Origin: Camelus dromedarius
Taxonomy: Eukaryota
DNA length: 64,000 nt
Assembly (NCBI RefSeq): GCF_036321535.1
Contig: NC_087437.1
Location: forward strand, 34,908,001 to 34,972,000
Direction: 5' to 3'
Shown here: in pieces, positions 46,069 through 58,282 of the stretch
How positions within the stretch are numbered: position 1 is the stretch's first letter
How the letters are laid out: each line of letters opens with the position of its first letter
Position numbers and translations under genes: made by a program
Notes under the pieces: model-generated
Told to the model about the DNA's origin: nothing
Seen by the model: the letters and a program-made list of their open reading frames with translations, nothing else
Databases searched by the model: none

Positions 46069-48049
46069 AATGGAACCTCAGGAACAAGTAGGATACTATG
46101 AAACCGTATAAGATACATGTTACTCAAATGCCAAAAAGAGACAAGAGTAAGAATGATGCAGAAAAATAATTGAAGAAATAATGGCCATGAATTTCTCAAA
46201 GTTTATGAAAAATACCAGCATATAAAACCAGGAAGATCAGTAAACCACAAGGAAGCTAAATACAAAGAAAGCAGACCCAACAAGGAAATATCTGCCTCAA
46301 AACGTAATAGTAACAAGGTTGAGAAGCTCTGCTCTAGAGCAATAAATTAAAAAAAAAATTTAAGAGAGTGATAGTTAAGAAAGCAATTGAGGAGATTAAA
46401 TGGAATGCTAGCGGTTACACAGTTAACTCAGAGGAAGGCAAAGAAGGGGCCACAAAGGTGCAAAATGGAAAGCATAGGATGGTACACTTAAACCCAATCA
46501 TAAAAAAATTACGTGTTATATAAATGGACTGAACACTCCTTCATGGAGAAAGTCTTTTTTCTCTTCTTTTCTTTTCTTTTTTTTTTTTTTTTTAATGCTG
46601 CTGAGACAACTGGATATTTGTATGGAGAAAATGAAGGTCAAATGCTTTCTCACTCTGAATAAAAATTTAAATCAGAGATAGATCATAGACTTAAATGTAA
46701 AACCTGAAACCATAAGCTTTTAAAAGAAAATATAGGAGAAAATCTCCCCCACCGTGGTGTAGGCGAAGATTTCTTGGGTGAGGCACAAAAGGCATAAACC
46801 ATAAAAGAAAAAGTGTATAGGAATATACAGTAGTACAAACACTTCTGAGAGCTGTTTGGCATTTTATAGTAAACACATATCTACCCTATGGCCCAACAGT
46901 TCCACTCCTGAATGTCTATGGAGAGGACTGAAAACATAAGTACACAAAAAAACTCATATAAAGATCTTTATAGCAGTCTTATTCATAATAGCCCCAAACT
47001 AGAAGCAAGTCAAATGGATAAACAAATTGCTGTTTATTCATATAAGGGAAAAATACTCAGCAATGGAAAGAAACTTCTGGTACACAAAGCAACGTGGTTT
47101 AATCTCAAATACATTATGTTAGGTCAAAGAAGCAAGACTCAAAATACATACTGTATGAATACATTTACATGAAATCCCAAACAGGAAGACTAAATCTATA
47201 AAGACAGAGATCAGGAAGTGGGGGTGGGGTGGGGATGGGCTATGGGTTGATTGGAAAGTGGCATTAGGAACCTTTCTGGGATGATGTGAGTGTATCATGG
47301 TTTAGGTGATTGCTGTATGGATGTATAAAAGTGCCCCAAATCATTGAACTGAACACTTAAGTTCTATGTATTTTACTGTACATTAATTATGCCTCTATAA
47401 AAAAATCCTGTGGACAATAGCATCAAAAATATAAAATACTTAGGAATAAATCTAGTGAAAGATACGCAAGACCGCTGCATTTTGAAAACTTCAGAATATT
47501 GCTGACAGAAACTTAAAAAGGTCAAAATAAATGGAAAGACAGACCACATTCATCAATTGGAAGACTCGATATTGTGAAAATACCCTTTCTGTCCAGTTTT
47601 TGTATTTAATGCAATTCTAATCAAAAGACTGGAAGACTCTTTTATAGAAATCGACAGGCTGATTCCAAACTTTTCATGGAAATTCAAATGACATGTAATA
47701 GCCAAAAAGATCATTGCAAAATAATAAAGTTAGAGGACTTATATTAGCAAATTTTGAGACAGCATAAGGCTAGAGCAGTCAAGGCAGTATGGCAGTGATG
47801 CAAAGGCAGACTTACAGAGCAATGGTATAAACTAAGAGAGTTCAGAAAAAAAATCAATACATGTCCAGTGAATTCATTTTTTCCCCCTCATTCCTCTGCT
47901 TAGAACACACTACTTGTTTTTACCCCTGTCCTCCTGCCTGCTGGTGGCTTTTCCAGACTCTGGCCCCAGAGTCAGCAGCAACATCCTCTGCACTGTGCCC
48001 TCCACTTTGTTTATAACCGTCCTTTAGAACCAAATGGTGATTTAATGAC

Positions 48050-48270
48050 AATTCCCAAGTACTGAGCACCCACTGTCTGCTGGCTCCTCCACATCTCCCA
48101 CATCAGAGAATTCTCACAGAAGCACTACGAGGCGGACACTCATCACCTCCCTGCCTCGTGTAAGGCAAATGAGGCTCGGGGGGAGGAGGGCAACCCAGCT
48201 GGGGAGAGGTGGCACCAAGACTTGAACTCGGGGCTGTGTGACTCCAAAGCTGGTGCTCGCATAGCCTTAT
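48050..48270 (-). mobile_element. MIR SINE fragment
   Basis: actgagcacccactgt..aagacttgaactcggggctgtgtgactccaaagc. Confidence 0.6.
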
Positions 48271-49149
48271 CAAGTCTAAGCCCTGCGCATTCTCCACTCC
48301 AAACTTCTTTGCCTCAGGACTCCCCTGCCTCCCTTGCCTCCTTTGAGACAGGGGATTCACTCTTCCCTAAAGCAGCCTGCCCGATCCCTGATTTTCTCTG
48401 GTTCTGCACTACAATCTCGCTCCCTGTCACTCCCTCACGACTCTTGGCCCTGCCTGCCCGAGTCACTCTGGTCCATTTTCTCGGCCACAGGATTTTTCCT
48501 CCTCTCCAGGCTGATGGTCCCGGCATCCTTCAAGAGTCCTCTGACTCTGAAAAGAATGAGAATTACTACCCCTCTTCATAGATGAGGAACTGGAGGTCCA
48601 GAACAAGTGAAGTACACTCCAGGGCAAGAGCTGAGGTGAAGGCAGCTAGGCCTGGCAAGGGCCCGGGGTGCCTGAGGAACAAAGGGCAGAGTGGAGAAGG
48701 CTGGTGTGCACAGCGTGGGGCAGAGGCTGGGGGCCTGGGCTTCATTCACAGTGTGACACCATACTCCTGAAGGTGCTGGACCCACTCTCCACAGCTTTTG
48801 ACTCCAATCCTTTTACCCTCCTAATCTGCCTAGTAGGGACACCAGCCTGGGGCTGGCATCTGTGGGAGTCCTGGCTGCTTCCTGCAAGGACTGAATGGAA
48901 GGGAAGCCTGCAGTCTCAGGCCTACCAGCCGGGCCCCAGGTCGGCCCTGTGGAGGGGAGCTGGGCCTGCCTAAGACGCCATCTGAGTGCGGGCATTTCCT
49001 CCGTTTCTGTCACCTACATAGCCCTTGACTCCAGCTCTGAAGCTTTTCCCAGGGATTACAGTCTTAGCCTCACTGCAAGTCCACCAAGAGGCCAGTGTAA
49101 ACTGTGGGCTTTGGGTGAAAATGTGTCACTGTAGTGACAGCCAGTGTGG

Positions 49150-49290
49150 TGAATGCACCACCCTGGAAAGGAATGTGGATAGTGGGGGAGGCTGTGTGTA
49201 GGTGGAGGCGGGGAGTATATTGCAAACCTCTGCACCTTCTCTCAATTATGCTGTGAACCTAAAACTTCTCTTAAAAAATGAAATCATTTT
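49150..49290 (+). mobile_element. L1MC/MD-type 3' end fragment
   Basis: tgcaccaccctgg..ggatagtgggggaggctgtg..ctctgcaccttctctcaattatgctgtgaacctaaaacttctct. Confidence 0.75.
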
Positions 49291-49886
49291 TTTTAAACAG
49301 TTAATACCCAAATTTCCCAGATTTATACTGTCTTCTTAGTTAGGACAATGCTCAGGCTTTGCCTGGATTGCTTAGCCCTAATTCTACATTCTTTGAGAGG
49401 GACTGCAATTGCCCAGGCAGTGTCCACTGGACCAGGGGGCTGTCTCCCGCGTGCTGGGATCTCAAGACCAGGGGAATCCTCATGGCTGGGGTCACACTGT
49501 ACTAACCATGTAGATGGAGTTCGTGGATAAAGACCCATTTCTCAGAAGTAGAAATTTCTGGAGAAGGAAGCTGTTCAGCAGACAATATAATAATAGCCTG
49601 CTCTGCATGCTTTCATATTTAAAGCTGAGAAATAAAAACTTTAATTTATACACACATCATGCTTTTTAAAAATTTACATGATGCTAAGTTTCACTAAAGG
49701 AGAGATATAAACAATGTGCAAAAAAATTTTTTTAAGTTCATATAAAAAGAGATTCAATACCAAAAGTGCAGCTAAATTACCCTCCTTTTCCTAGTCCTTG
49801 AGCTAGGATAAAGGGTTGATTATCACTTGACTTTAGAGCACCAAATTAATCATTTGTGACTTTTCAACTGTTCTTGTCCGAAAACT

Positions 49887-49926
49887 TGAGACACTTCATT
49901 ATTTTTTTTTTCTGAGACACTTCATT
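49887..49926 (-). repeat. 14-bp direct repeat flanking a T10 run (poly(A)-only retro-insertion)
   Basis: tgagacacttcatt at 49887-49900 and 49913-49926, with T10 at 49902-49911 between them. Confidence 0.6.
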
Positions 49927-50744
49927 TTGAATAAAGTAGTTCCAGCAGCCTCGAGGCACAGAACAGCAAGACCTGGGCCCAGAGCACTAGCCATTCCACT
50001 GAGAATCCACCCAAACCCAGAGATTTTCCAGCTTCTCACTTACAAAGAGGGCAGAGTGAACGGTGTTAACATTAGGCCCTGAAACTACTTTGTGCCAAGT
50101 TCATAAAACCAACCTTCTCTGAGGACCATCAGGGAATAAAGTGTAAAAGGCAAACAGATGTGGCCTTTCTCTCTCTTCTCCCAAATGAGAAGACCTGGAT
50201 CCCCTGGTGAGAGGTGGACAGGCTCCTCCTGGCCACAGCCCTCAGCGTCCTGTTCCCAGTAGATGGAACTGAAGACCTGCTGCCCTCAAGGGAAGATAAG
50301 CACCGGGAAAGGGGGGAAGAAGGGAGGAAACGTTTCCTGTGTCCTCCACTCTTTCCCTCATCCCTGGGGGCTGCTCACTGGCAGGCGCCAACCCCCAGCG
50401 CAGTCCATGCCCCAGCCTCAGGGCTCCAGGTTACCAACCAGTGCTTTCTCTCTGCCTCAGGTTATAGTGTTATAGTCTAATTTCTCTCATCACATCTCCG
50501 CACTCAGCATGGGCACAGCCCTCCTGGACAGGGAACTGTTCTCAGTCCTACAGTCAGGCTCCCCTCAGCGCTGACTGACCACTGGACCCACCACATCCAA
50601 AGGGTCGAGAAGCATGTGGTTCCAGGCTCCGCCCAGGCTCGCTGTCTCCGCACTGCCTGGGCCTTCAGGCTCATGGGATCAACAAGTAGCTGCAGATGCC
50701 AGCACTATAGGCAGAACTTATGATCAAGGAAAATTCGGACACTT

Positions 50745-50880
50745 TCTCCTTGGCCATTTTAAAATGAGGGACACAGCCAGGCACTCATGGGCAGACATCC
50801 CCCGGGGTCCCACCGGCTGGCACGGGGTCACAAACCTCTGATGCGGGAGAAGGCAGAGCAGAGCCCAGCATTTGACCCTG
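50745..50880 (-). mobile_element. MIR SINE fragment
   Basis: ccattttaaaatgaggggacacagccag..ggtcaca..ggcagagc..tttgaccc. Confidence 0.5.
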
Positions 50881-52684
50881 CCCCCACGAGCCCTTCCCCC
50901 ATGACACTTTCTGATCCGCTTTTCACCTTTCCCTAGACTTGTTAATATATTGCTAAAACATTTCTGTTATAAAAGTAACATCCTCATTGTTGAGAAGAAG
51001 TAATAAAAGGTACTTTAAAGGTAACAAAGCTATTGAGAGGAGATTCCTGGTAACATTTGGTATTTTCTTCTCCTGCTTTGTTTCTATAGTTTCTACATAT
51101 GTAGCGAGAAGAGGGGAGAGTGTTACTTAAAACCTTCATTGCAGCTGCTGCAACCTTTTAAGAGAATGATGCAATTCACCATGAGGGACGTTGATTTTTC
51201 ATTTGGGAAATGTCTTGAAGGGGCTTCTTTAAGGGGAAAATGTAAGTAGCGCTGACCTCCACCCTTCCTCTCACATGTCTAAAAGGTGAGAGTAAAACAT
51301 AGAAGAGGGCTAAGTCGAAAGACATTTTCAAAATTGTCCATTGAAAACCTAAAGCTTGCAAATATGGAGAAAGGGTCAGATGTGAGGAGAGACTTATCCA
51401 AGTGCAAGTATTATGCCTCTGTCACTTACCTTAAATACTAAGTGATGGTATCCATCCTTGTTGGGCCCTCCTTTGACTCGACAGGACCCATGAGACGGCT
51501 CTTCCCGTGGGCACTAATTCTGCCAAGGGACTGCCCGCTCAAGCTGCCTCTTAGCTTTTAGGGCCCATCTCCCCCGCTTGCTTCCATCTCCTACCAACAC
51601 CATCAACACAGGCCACCTGTTTCAACTCCTTAAAGATTTGGTCCCATATTAACCACACATGGGATAATGAAGCAGCTGATGGAGAGTGTGAGGGGGTCCT
51701 AGTGGCTCTCACAAAATCCAGAGGAGTTGGCTTAACATAGAGATTAATTCCTGGTGGATTAAAAGAACCCCAAAGATGCCTGCCGCATTTCCCGCATCCA
51801 CCCTTCCTGCCCTCAAAGCTTCTAGTTCCTCTTTCTCCCTCCATCCTGCCCTAACTGCCTGCCAGACCCCAGGAGAAAAGAGCTTTATCCCCCACCTCCT
51901 GCCCCTGTTATAAATAGCTCAGCTATGGCTACTCTTCATCTGGCGGGTTTACGGGAACAAGATGATGCCAAGGCCGTTTACGGTGGGGCCAGGGAAGGAT
52001 TAAGAAGGGTGAAGGGGCAGCCCCCTCAGGGAAGGTCTCAGCGCCAGCCGCAAGTGAGCCAGAGCACCTCTGGCCCCCAGGAGCCAGCCTCAGGATCCAG
52101 ATCCCGAGCCCCTCCTCCCTTTCACACACTAAGTGCGGCAGATGACTGGACCCAACTGTTCCTTCCCCAGCCTGTAAAAGAACAAACATTGCTGGCTGCC
52201 AAAACGTGACTTGCACTATTTCCTCTGAGACCACGTTCCCTCACCCCCACTTACCACTGACACAGGGCTTGGCATGGGATTTGCTTTGGTCAGTGGCTAT
52301 TTATGCCAGGGTGTTTCCACCAGCTTTTTCCCTTCCCTCTGTAAGAACAGCATGTTCCAGGCAGGGGCTGACCTTCAGGTGAGAGGACACACACAGCAGC
52401 CAATGCTGGCAACCAGGGGCGTGCAGTGCGGACGAAAAGAAAACACAGTTGTCGTCAACCTCTGAGACCTGGGAGCTGTTCCTGCAGTACAATCCGGCAA
52501 AGGCTCATGTGCTGGGGTCACAGACTCAATGCTTGGGGGCAAGCAAAGAAAATGAGTGCAGCAGAGAGTGTGTTAAGACCACGGGGACGGCAGGGCTGTG
52601 GATGATGAGAGAGAAGCAGCCAACGGCTAGGCTCCAGTATTAAACTTTGTTATCAGTTAAAATAAAAAGCACTGTTGCTTTGGT

Positions 52685-54609
52685 TAAACATCAGAGGCAA
52701 AGATTTTAATAACACAGCTGACTGATATTTACCACTTGAAAGCTTAGACTATTAACAAACATGAAGTTAAAAACAAAAAATGACTCAACCTCAATGTTTC
52801 TCATAATCATTTAACTCTTCAGAGATTAAAGCACCAATCTGTAGTTGTAAAACTTGGCAATTATTCACATTTCATTTCTATTTTTTGTCTTATCTAAAAG
52901 TGAAGGGAATTTATTTTTTATTTTAAAAGTTCTTTTTAAAAGTTCTTTGAGTTAGCTTCCCAAACTCCCATGTAAATCTATGCAAATTCAATCAGATCTC
53001 ATCAGACCACAAAAATAACCACCACCTGTCGTAACGAGTGACTCCCGAATGAATGGGAATCAATAAGGGCACAGATTGAGTCCACAGAATATTTCATTTA
53101 ATTGATTTTATTGTCACTGGATCAGATCTGAGATGAGGGAAATGGAAATAGCCTGGTTTATAAAGATCACACATTAGGATTTTCCTAGAGGAGAATTATA
53201 AATATGAGTATTATAAGAGCTGACTATGTAACTTCATCTTTTCTGCCAATGGATTTCATCTTCTCCCATCATGTAATCCAGAATAAAGGAATCACTCATC
53301 CCATATCAAGCATAATAGGAAACTGCAGCCCCAGAACAGGGGCCAAGGAGGGCCCCTCCTTGACCGACCAGTAGGTCAAAGATGACCTACATCACCACGC
53401 CTATGAAGAAATGTGCTTCTCTGTGACGTGGAAATCAGATCTGATTTTAGAACACATGGGAGGGCTTCTCTCTGGATGTGAAACTAGTAACAATAGCAGC
53501 AGCGTTTTGTTCTTTCTTCCTCTTTATCCGCAAACTGATTGTTAATGAGAAAAACAGGAGGCAGTTAACAATGCAACTCAAATCTTTAGTCTTCTCCTTC
53601 CAACTCAAGTGCCGAAATAGGACACTCCTTTCATAATATCCTGGCCATCAGGTTTTTTTTTTCTTTTCTTTTTTGCCTTCGGAGTTCTTTCCAAAAGTAA
53701 ACATGCTGCCTTGGCATTCTTATTACTCCTAATTTCCAGGTAGAAAAATGAGACAGATGAAGTGACATCTAAAAACACTGGGGATTATATTTTTAAACAC
53801 AAGACAATAATTTAGATCTTTTTGCTCTAATTCTTCTCTATATTACCATGATGAAATATTTATCAAAGTCCAAATTACTGGTACGCAATAATGACCAACG
53901 CCTTCACATTAAGGGAGCTATCAAAAAAAAAAAAAAAAAAACTCATCAACAAAGTAACTGGAAAAAAGTTTAAATATAAAATGTGACTTTCACTATTCTG
54001 TTTATACAGTACTGAAACAACCATAACATTCAAATACCCAGAAAGTGCAAAACTCGAAGTAATATTAACTAATTCTGAGATACTGCAACATCTTGAAGTA
54101 CTTTCTGACCAAAAACAGATGAAATTTTGTTCGGTATGACTTTATAGTGTTTTACACAGAACTATGTATTTTAAAAAACTGGTCATCCATGTAACGTATA
54201 CACAAAACCCTGAACTGACTGGACTATTCAAGGACTAGTATTCCACACTGCTTTGTTGTTACGGACGAATGAGCTTAAAATTTAATGAAACACTTTTAAC
54301 AAGTTCTAGTCTATAGAATGACATGTTCAAATTGTTTGGTCTTATTACTTTTATTAACAAAAACCTCTCATTCCTTTATAAGATGTTTAATTCCTCTGAA
54401 TATCATCTTTAAAAGGCCTGACTTGATTGTTGCCAAAATAAACCGCAGGTCAAGTGCAACCCTCCAGGCTATGGGTCCTTCACGAGCTTCAGTTCTGTGT
54501 GAGCCACACGGTGACCTTCCCATGAGTTTTCCACTGGAGATTTCACAGTACTAACTTTAACACTTTCCACAAAGTAAACCCTTCTCTTGGCTTTGGGTAG
54601 AATGTCATT
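52685..54609 (-). other. B3GALNT1: Putative B3GALNT1 3' UTR (~1.9 kb) with U19 tract and proximal poly(A) signals
   Basis: Repeat-poor AT-rich stretch after the stop codon. Minus-strand AATAAA at 54350-54355, 53107-53112 and 52910-52915; A19 on + at 53923-53941. Confidence 0.65.
52705..52710 (-). terminator. B3GALNT1: Candidate distal B3GALNT1 polyadenylation signal ATTAAA
   Basis: TTTAAT on the + strand, with a U-rich downstream element on the minus strand at ~52657-52670. Sits at the boundary between the AT-rich UTR and GC-richer intergenic DNA. Confidence 0.55.
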
Positions 54610-55605
54610 TTAATAATGGCATGTGGTGTTCCTTAACATAACCTGCCAAAATGTGATAATTTCCTTGGAAGAAAAGCCATGGGCTGCAATCACACGTCTG
54701 AGCTGACAGACATCCAGATGGATCCTATACAAAAAGAAAAGGTTTGTGTCTTCTGGGATGTGAATGTCCACTTTTAATAAATTCAAACAAATCCCAACAT
54801 ACACATCTTCAAACTTGATGGGTTTCACGTGACTCATCATTTCGTAGATTCTTGGCACCAAATCTCTGGACATTATATAACCCAACCCACTGCAGTAGGG
54901 AGGAAACACCTTGAAGGGATACTCCTGGTATGAAATATGGTTTTTTTGGTAAAATCCTCTAAAGGAATAATTATCAATTAGAGGATAACCTGTGAAAAAC
55001 TTCTCTGAGTGGTTTAAATTTAAAAGATACTTCACTAAATTGCCAGTATTGATAAAAACATCAGTGTCTGTCTTCATGATGTACTTGGCATTGGGGCAAA
55101 ACTCAGTGACCCACCTGAATGCCATAATCGTTTTTAAGGTCAAGTTATTGTAGGTGTCCAAAAAATCTTGTCGTATTATGTCACCATAAAGGAGGTGTTC
55201 ATCCTCTAAGGACAATGCTAACACTTTGTCCTCCCTTTCAGCCTGTTGGCCTAGTAAGAAAAATGTAAGAACCTCATATCCCCACCAAGACTTCTTTTCT
55301 CCCCAAGTAACTCTAATGGCCTGTCTGGCTTTCACGTCTGAGGGGTGCGAGGTCACCAAGATGACAAGAAATGGGTTCTGATGAGAGCAGTTGGAATGCT
55401 CTCGAAGCGTGAAGCGGAAGTCTTGTCTATAAATGGGCTCGTACTCGTAGAAGTACATCCAGTTCACACGCTCCACCACATTGTAGTGGGGCAGGCTGAG
55501 GTACCACATGACCAGGAAGCTCAGGAGCGACAGCAGCAGGAGGCTCCATTTGAGGGACCTCAGCGACATCCTCCCAGGAAGGGCGGCCAGCAGGGCTGGG
55601 GCCAT
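54610..55605 (-). CDS. B3GALNT1: UDP-GalNAc:beta-1,3-N-acetylgalactosaminyltransferase 1 (globoside/Gb4 synthase, GT31 family), 331 aa, single coding exon
   Basis: Type II membrane anchor (WSLLLLSLLSFLVMWYLSL) and GT31 motifs RQAIRVTWG, DFLDTYNNLTLKT, DxD (KTDTDVF), PPYCSGLGY, EDVYVGIC. Recognisably near-identical to human B3GALNT1, and adjacent to PPM1L as in human. Confidence 0.98.
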   Translation of the reverse strand: MAPALLAALPGRMSLRSLKWSLLLLSLLSFLVMWYLSLPHYNVVERVNWMYFYEYEPIYRQDFRFTLREHSNCSHQNPFLVILVTSHPSDVKARQAIRVTWGEKKSWWGYEVLTFFLLGQQAEREDKVLALSLEDEHLLYGDIIRQDFLDTYNNLTLKTIMAFRWVTEFCPNAKYIMKTDTDVFINTGNLVKYLLNLNHSEKFFTGYPLIDNYSFRGFYQKNHISYQEYPFKVFPPYCSGLGYIMSRDLVPRIYEMMSHVKPIKFEDVYVGICLNLLKVDIHIPEDTNLFFLYRIHLDVCQLRRVIAAHGFSSKEIITFWQVMLRNTTCHY

Positions 55606-55638
55606 CCACAGCGGCTCGGCAGCACACGGGCTCGGATC
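55606..55638 (-). other. B3GALNT1: 5' UTR portion of the B3GALNT1 coding exon
   Basis: Minus-strand acceptor aatcttccAG|gatcc (AG at 55640-55639), 33 nt before the ATG. A stronger-looking alternative acceptor lies at 55711-55710. Confidence 0.55.
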
Positions 55639-58282
55639 CTGGAAGATTTACCAAGGATCTGCTCAGTAGTCCACCACCTCAAACACACCTTCAGATGTCA
55701 CCTGATTACCTACTTGAGAAGAAAGAGTTGGGAGAACAGAAGCTCCAAGGCAGAACCAAAAATCCTGACCTGAATCTACTTAACTTCATTTAACTGTAAG
55801 CAAATGGCTACCAACAGCCAAAAGTATATTTTAGCTTTTATATGTTTTTAGGTTAAAAACATATCCTTGATTATTTGGGAAAAATTAGTACTTCTTGTCT
55901 GACATAAATAACTGTTGAAATAATTATTTACTTCTTTTTCATAATGGTAAAGAACAGAGGCAGTTTTTTGGTTTTTGTTTTTTTGTAGATCTATATTTTA
56001 ACCCCCCATTACTCATTTCTTTCTGTCTCTCTGGATATCCAGGACAAAATCATTAATGCGAGGCGATATTACCAACAACATGTCCAAATAAACCCAGGAT
56101 CTTTCTCAGCTGTATGATCTGATGTGGATTCTAGCAAATCTGGAGTAAGGAAAACCCAATAGCTACAATTATTCATGGTGACTTGCTGATATGGGATGAG
56201 ATAAACTCTTCTCCTGAAAGGCGCAAGTCCTCTAGACACAAATAGGATAACCATCTCTGTAGTTTTTAAATGCACAAGACTATTAAATAGCTTTTACTTG
56301 CCCCAAACACCACCCCAGACTCCTTTCTACCTCACTGGCTGAGTTCAGTGCTCAGTCTGGACAGCAAGTACTTAAATTCAAGACCTGGCTCTGTAGTATG
56401 AGTTTTCATGTGTTCCCCATCCTAACCTGTTCAGAAATCCTGCACCATTTAAGAAGCATGGGCTGGAACCTCCTAGAACACTTGCTTTTACACGGAACTT
56501 CCAGCTGAGATAGAAAACAGAGCTAGGAGACACAGCACAGTCAGAATGGAGTGATGGCCACAGCCTCAGCTCTGCTTCAGATCCCAAGGAAGAGGTTGGT
56601 TTACAATTTTGGATGCCACAGGGCTTTCCCGGTGCCATGATCATGGTCCTCAGTCTAAAGACATTCATGTACTAAGTCCTAGACCTTCTACACCCACAGA
56701 CTGCGCCAGGCACTAAGGAGGCCAAAGGCAGAAGGAAATGGGAGGAGAACAAATCCCAAGTCAGCACGTAAACACAGCCCAGCGGTGTAGTACAGACTGC
56801 CCACGTCACATGCCAAAGGACTTCAGGATGAGGGACAGGTCAACCACACGAGGGGCAGGCTGAGGAGGCTTCTGACCTTTCACCCACAGTCACCTAGGGG
56901 AAGGGTCCTAGGAACCCAGAATCTGCTATGGAGGCTGTACATTAATGATACTTTATGGAAAGGCTGGTCTACCAAGGGTTCTACCTTGGTCAGTCTGAGG
57001 TCTTTGGACACAGTTCTTCCTCTTAATACATATATAAATGACAGGATCTTGAGACTCCTTGTCCTCTCTATCTCGCTGTATCTTATCTGCCCGGATTATT
57101 TCTGGCCACAATAATCTTCCCTACCGCTAATGCTTCTTATATTTTAAGCCACACAATAAATGGAATGTTTTGGCTAAGTCTCCAGTTTGGTTTCATGTAT
57201 GTGTGTCTTGCCTCTCCACTTACAGTCTATGACCTCACTGACAAAGAACATTTTTCTCACAAGAGTCAGCATGCAAGACAGGGAGGGACCTACAGCAGGA
57301 GGGCAATGAACACTGACTTGCTTGATATACTATTTCTATTTGTATAAAGATAAAATGTAGATGTACCCATCCCACCCCCATCCTCCCCTCTCCCTCTTAC
57401 TAGCTTTACACAGGCAGCTCCTAGAAAAACCTCAAACAGAACAGACCTAGAATTATGGAGGAGTTAATATCTTCCTACACTTTCTCCTCACCTGGCTACT
57501 AGACACTCCAGAAGCCTAGGGGGCTCCATTTAATCTCAGCCATTGACGGCCTGTACATTTATTACAACAGTTAATCACACAGTGGTTTTATATCTCACTC
57601 TAACAAATCCACACACTGTAACAAATTTTGGACAAATGAAAGAGAAGTGTCCTGAGTAAGGGCATAATTTCCAACTGCACACAGGTGTGGAGGCCCTGCT
57701 ACTCCTCAACAACGGGAGGAACTCAAAGCAGCAAGTGTTACTATAAACGTTCGCTTATGTGCATTCAACAAGCCGTGGTTTCTAAATGTGAAAACTGACT
57801 GTGGCTGTGATGTCTATTGCTCACTGGCCCACAAAGGAAATAAAGCAGCGGCAAAAAGAGGAAGAACTGTCTATTCCAGAAGGGGGAAGGTCTTTCAAGG
57901 ACTGGCTGGAACAGACTTCAGGTTACCCACAATAGACGCAGCTCCAAAGGCAGAGACCAGAATCCACACCCAACTCTGTCCTTTACCAATCAGGGCAAGG
58001 GCATGTTTATCTCTGGGAGTCTCAGTTTCTGTATCTCTACACTGAAGATGCTAACCCGGTGCAGATTAGTGACCGCTTGTGCAGAGCATCTGGCCAGTGT
58101 CAGGGACACCACACACAGGCTGTCGTCACCAGCTTGCTCCGCCCTTGGCAGCTATTCTATCCTGTTGACATTCACTAAGTTGATTTCTATTGTCAAAAGG
58201 GATTGTCCTAAAGAAAGAATCTTGATGAATTCTTACTATTTGTAAAGTGTTTCAAAGCCATAAATGGATTTCTATTTCTTAC

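Larger units (their letters stand above)
44300..47880 (+). mobile_element. Patchwork of old L1 (L1M-type) 5' region, ORF1, ORF2 and 3' end fragments in the intergenic gap
   Basis: ORF1-like aatctcaacagagaaatgg..gagtgaacttga, ORF2-like aaaatacttaggaataaatcta..aataaatggaaagac, and a 3' end ggatgtata..aatcattgaactgaacactta. Confidence 0.8.

Noticed and set aside
47220..47246. G-quadruplex-capable G runs (also 3759-3845)
   Set aside because: Ordinary G-rich tracts of L1 3' UTRs.
52921..52946. Tandem duplication of ttttaaaagttct in the B3GALNT1 3' UTR
   Set aside because: Typical slippage in low-complexity AT-rich DNA; no functional clue.
55345..55773. 142-aa plus-strand ORF and 75-aa alternative-frame ORF overlapping B3GALNT1
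   Set aside because: Non-ATG starts; open frames are explained by the GC-rich start of the real CDS; no recognisable protein.
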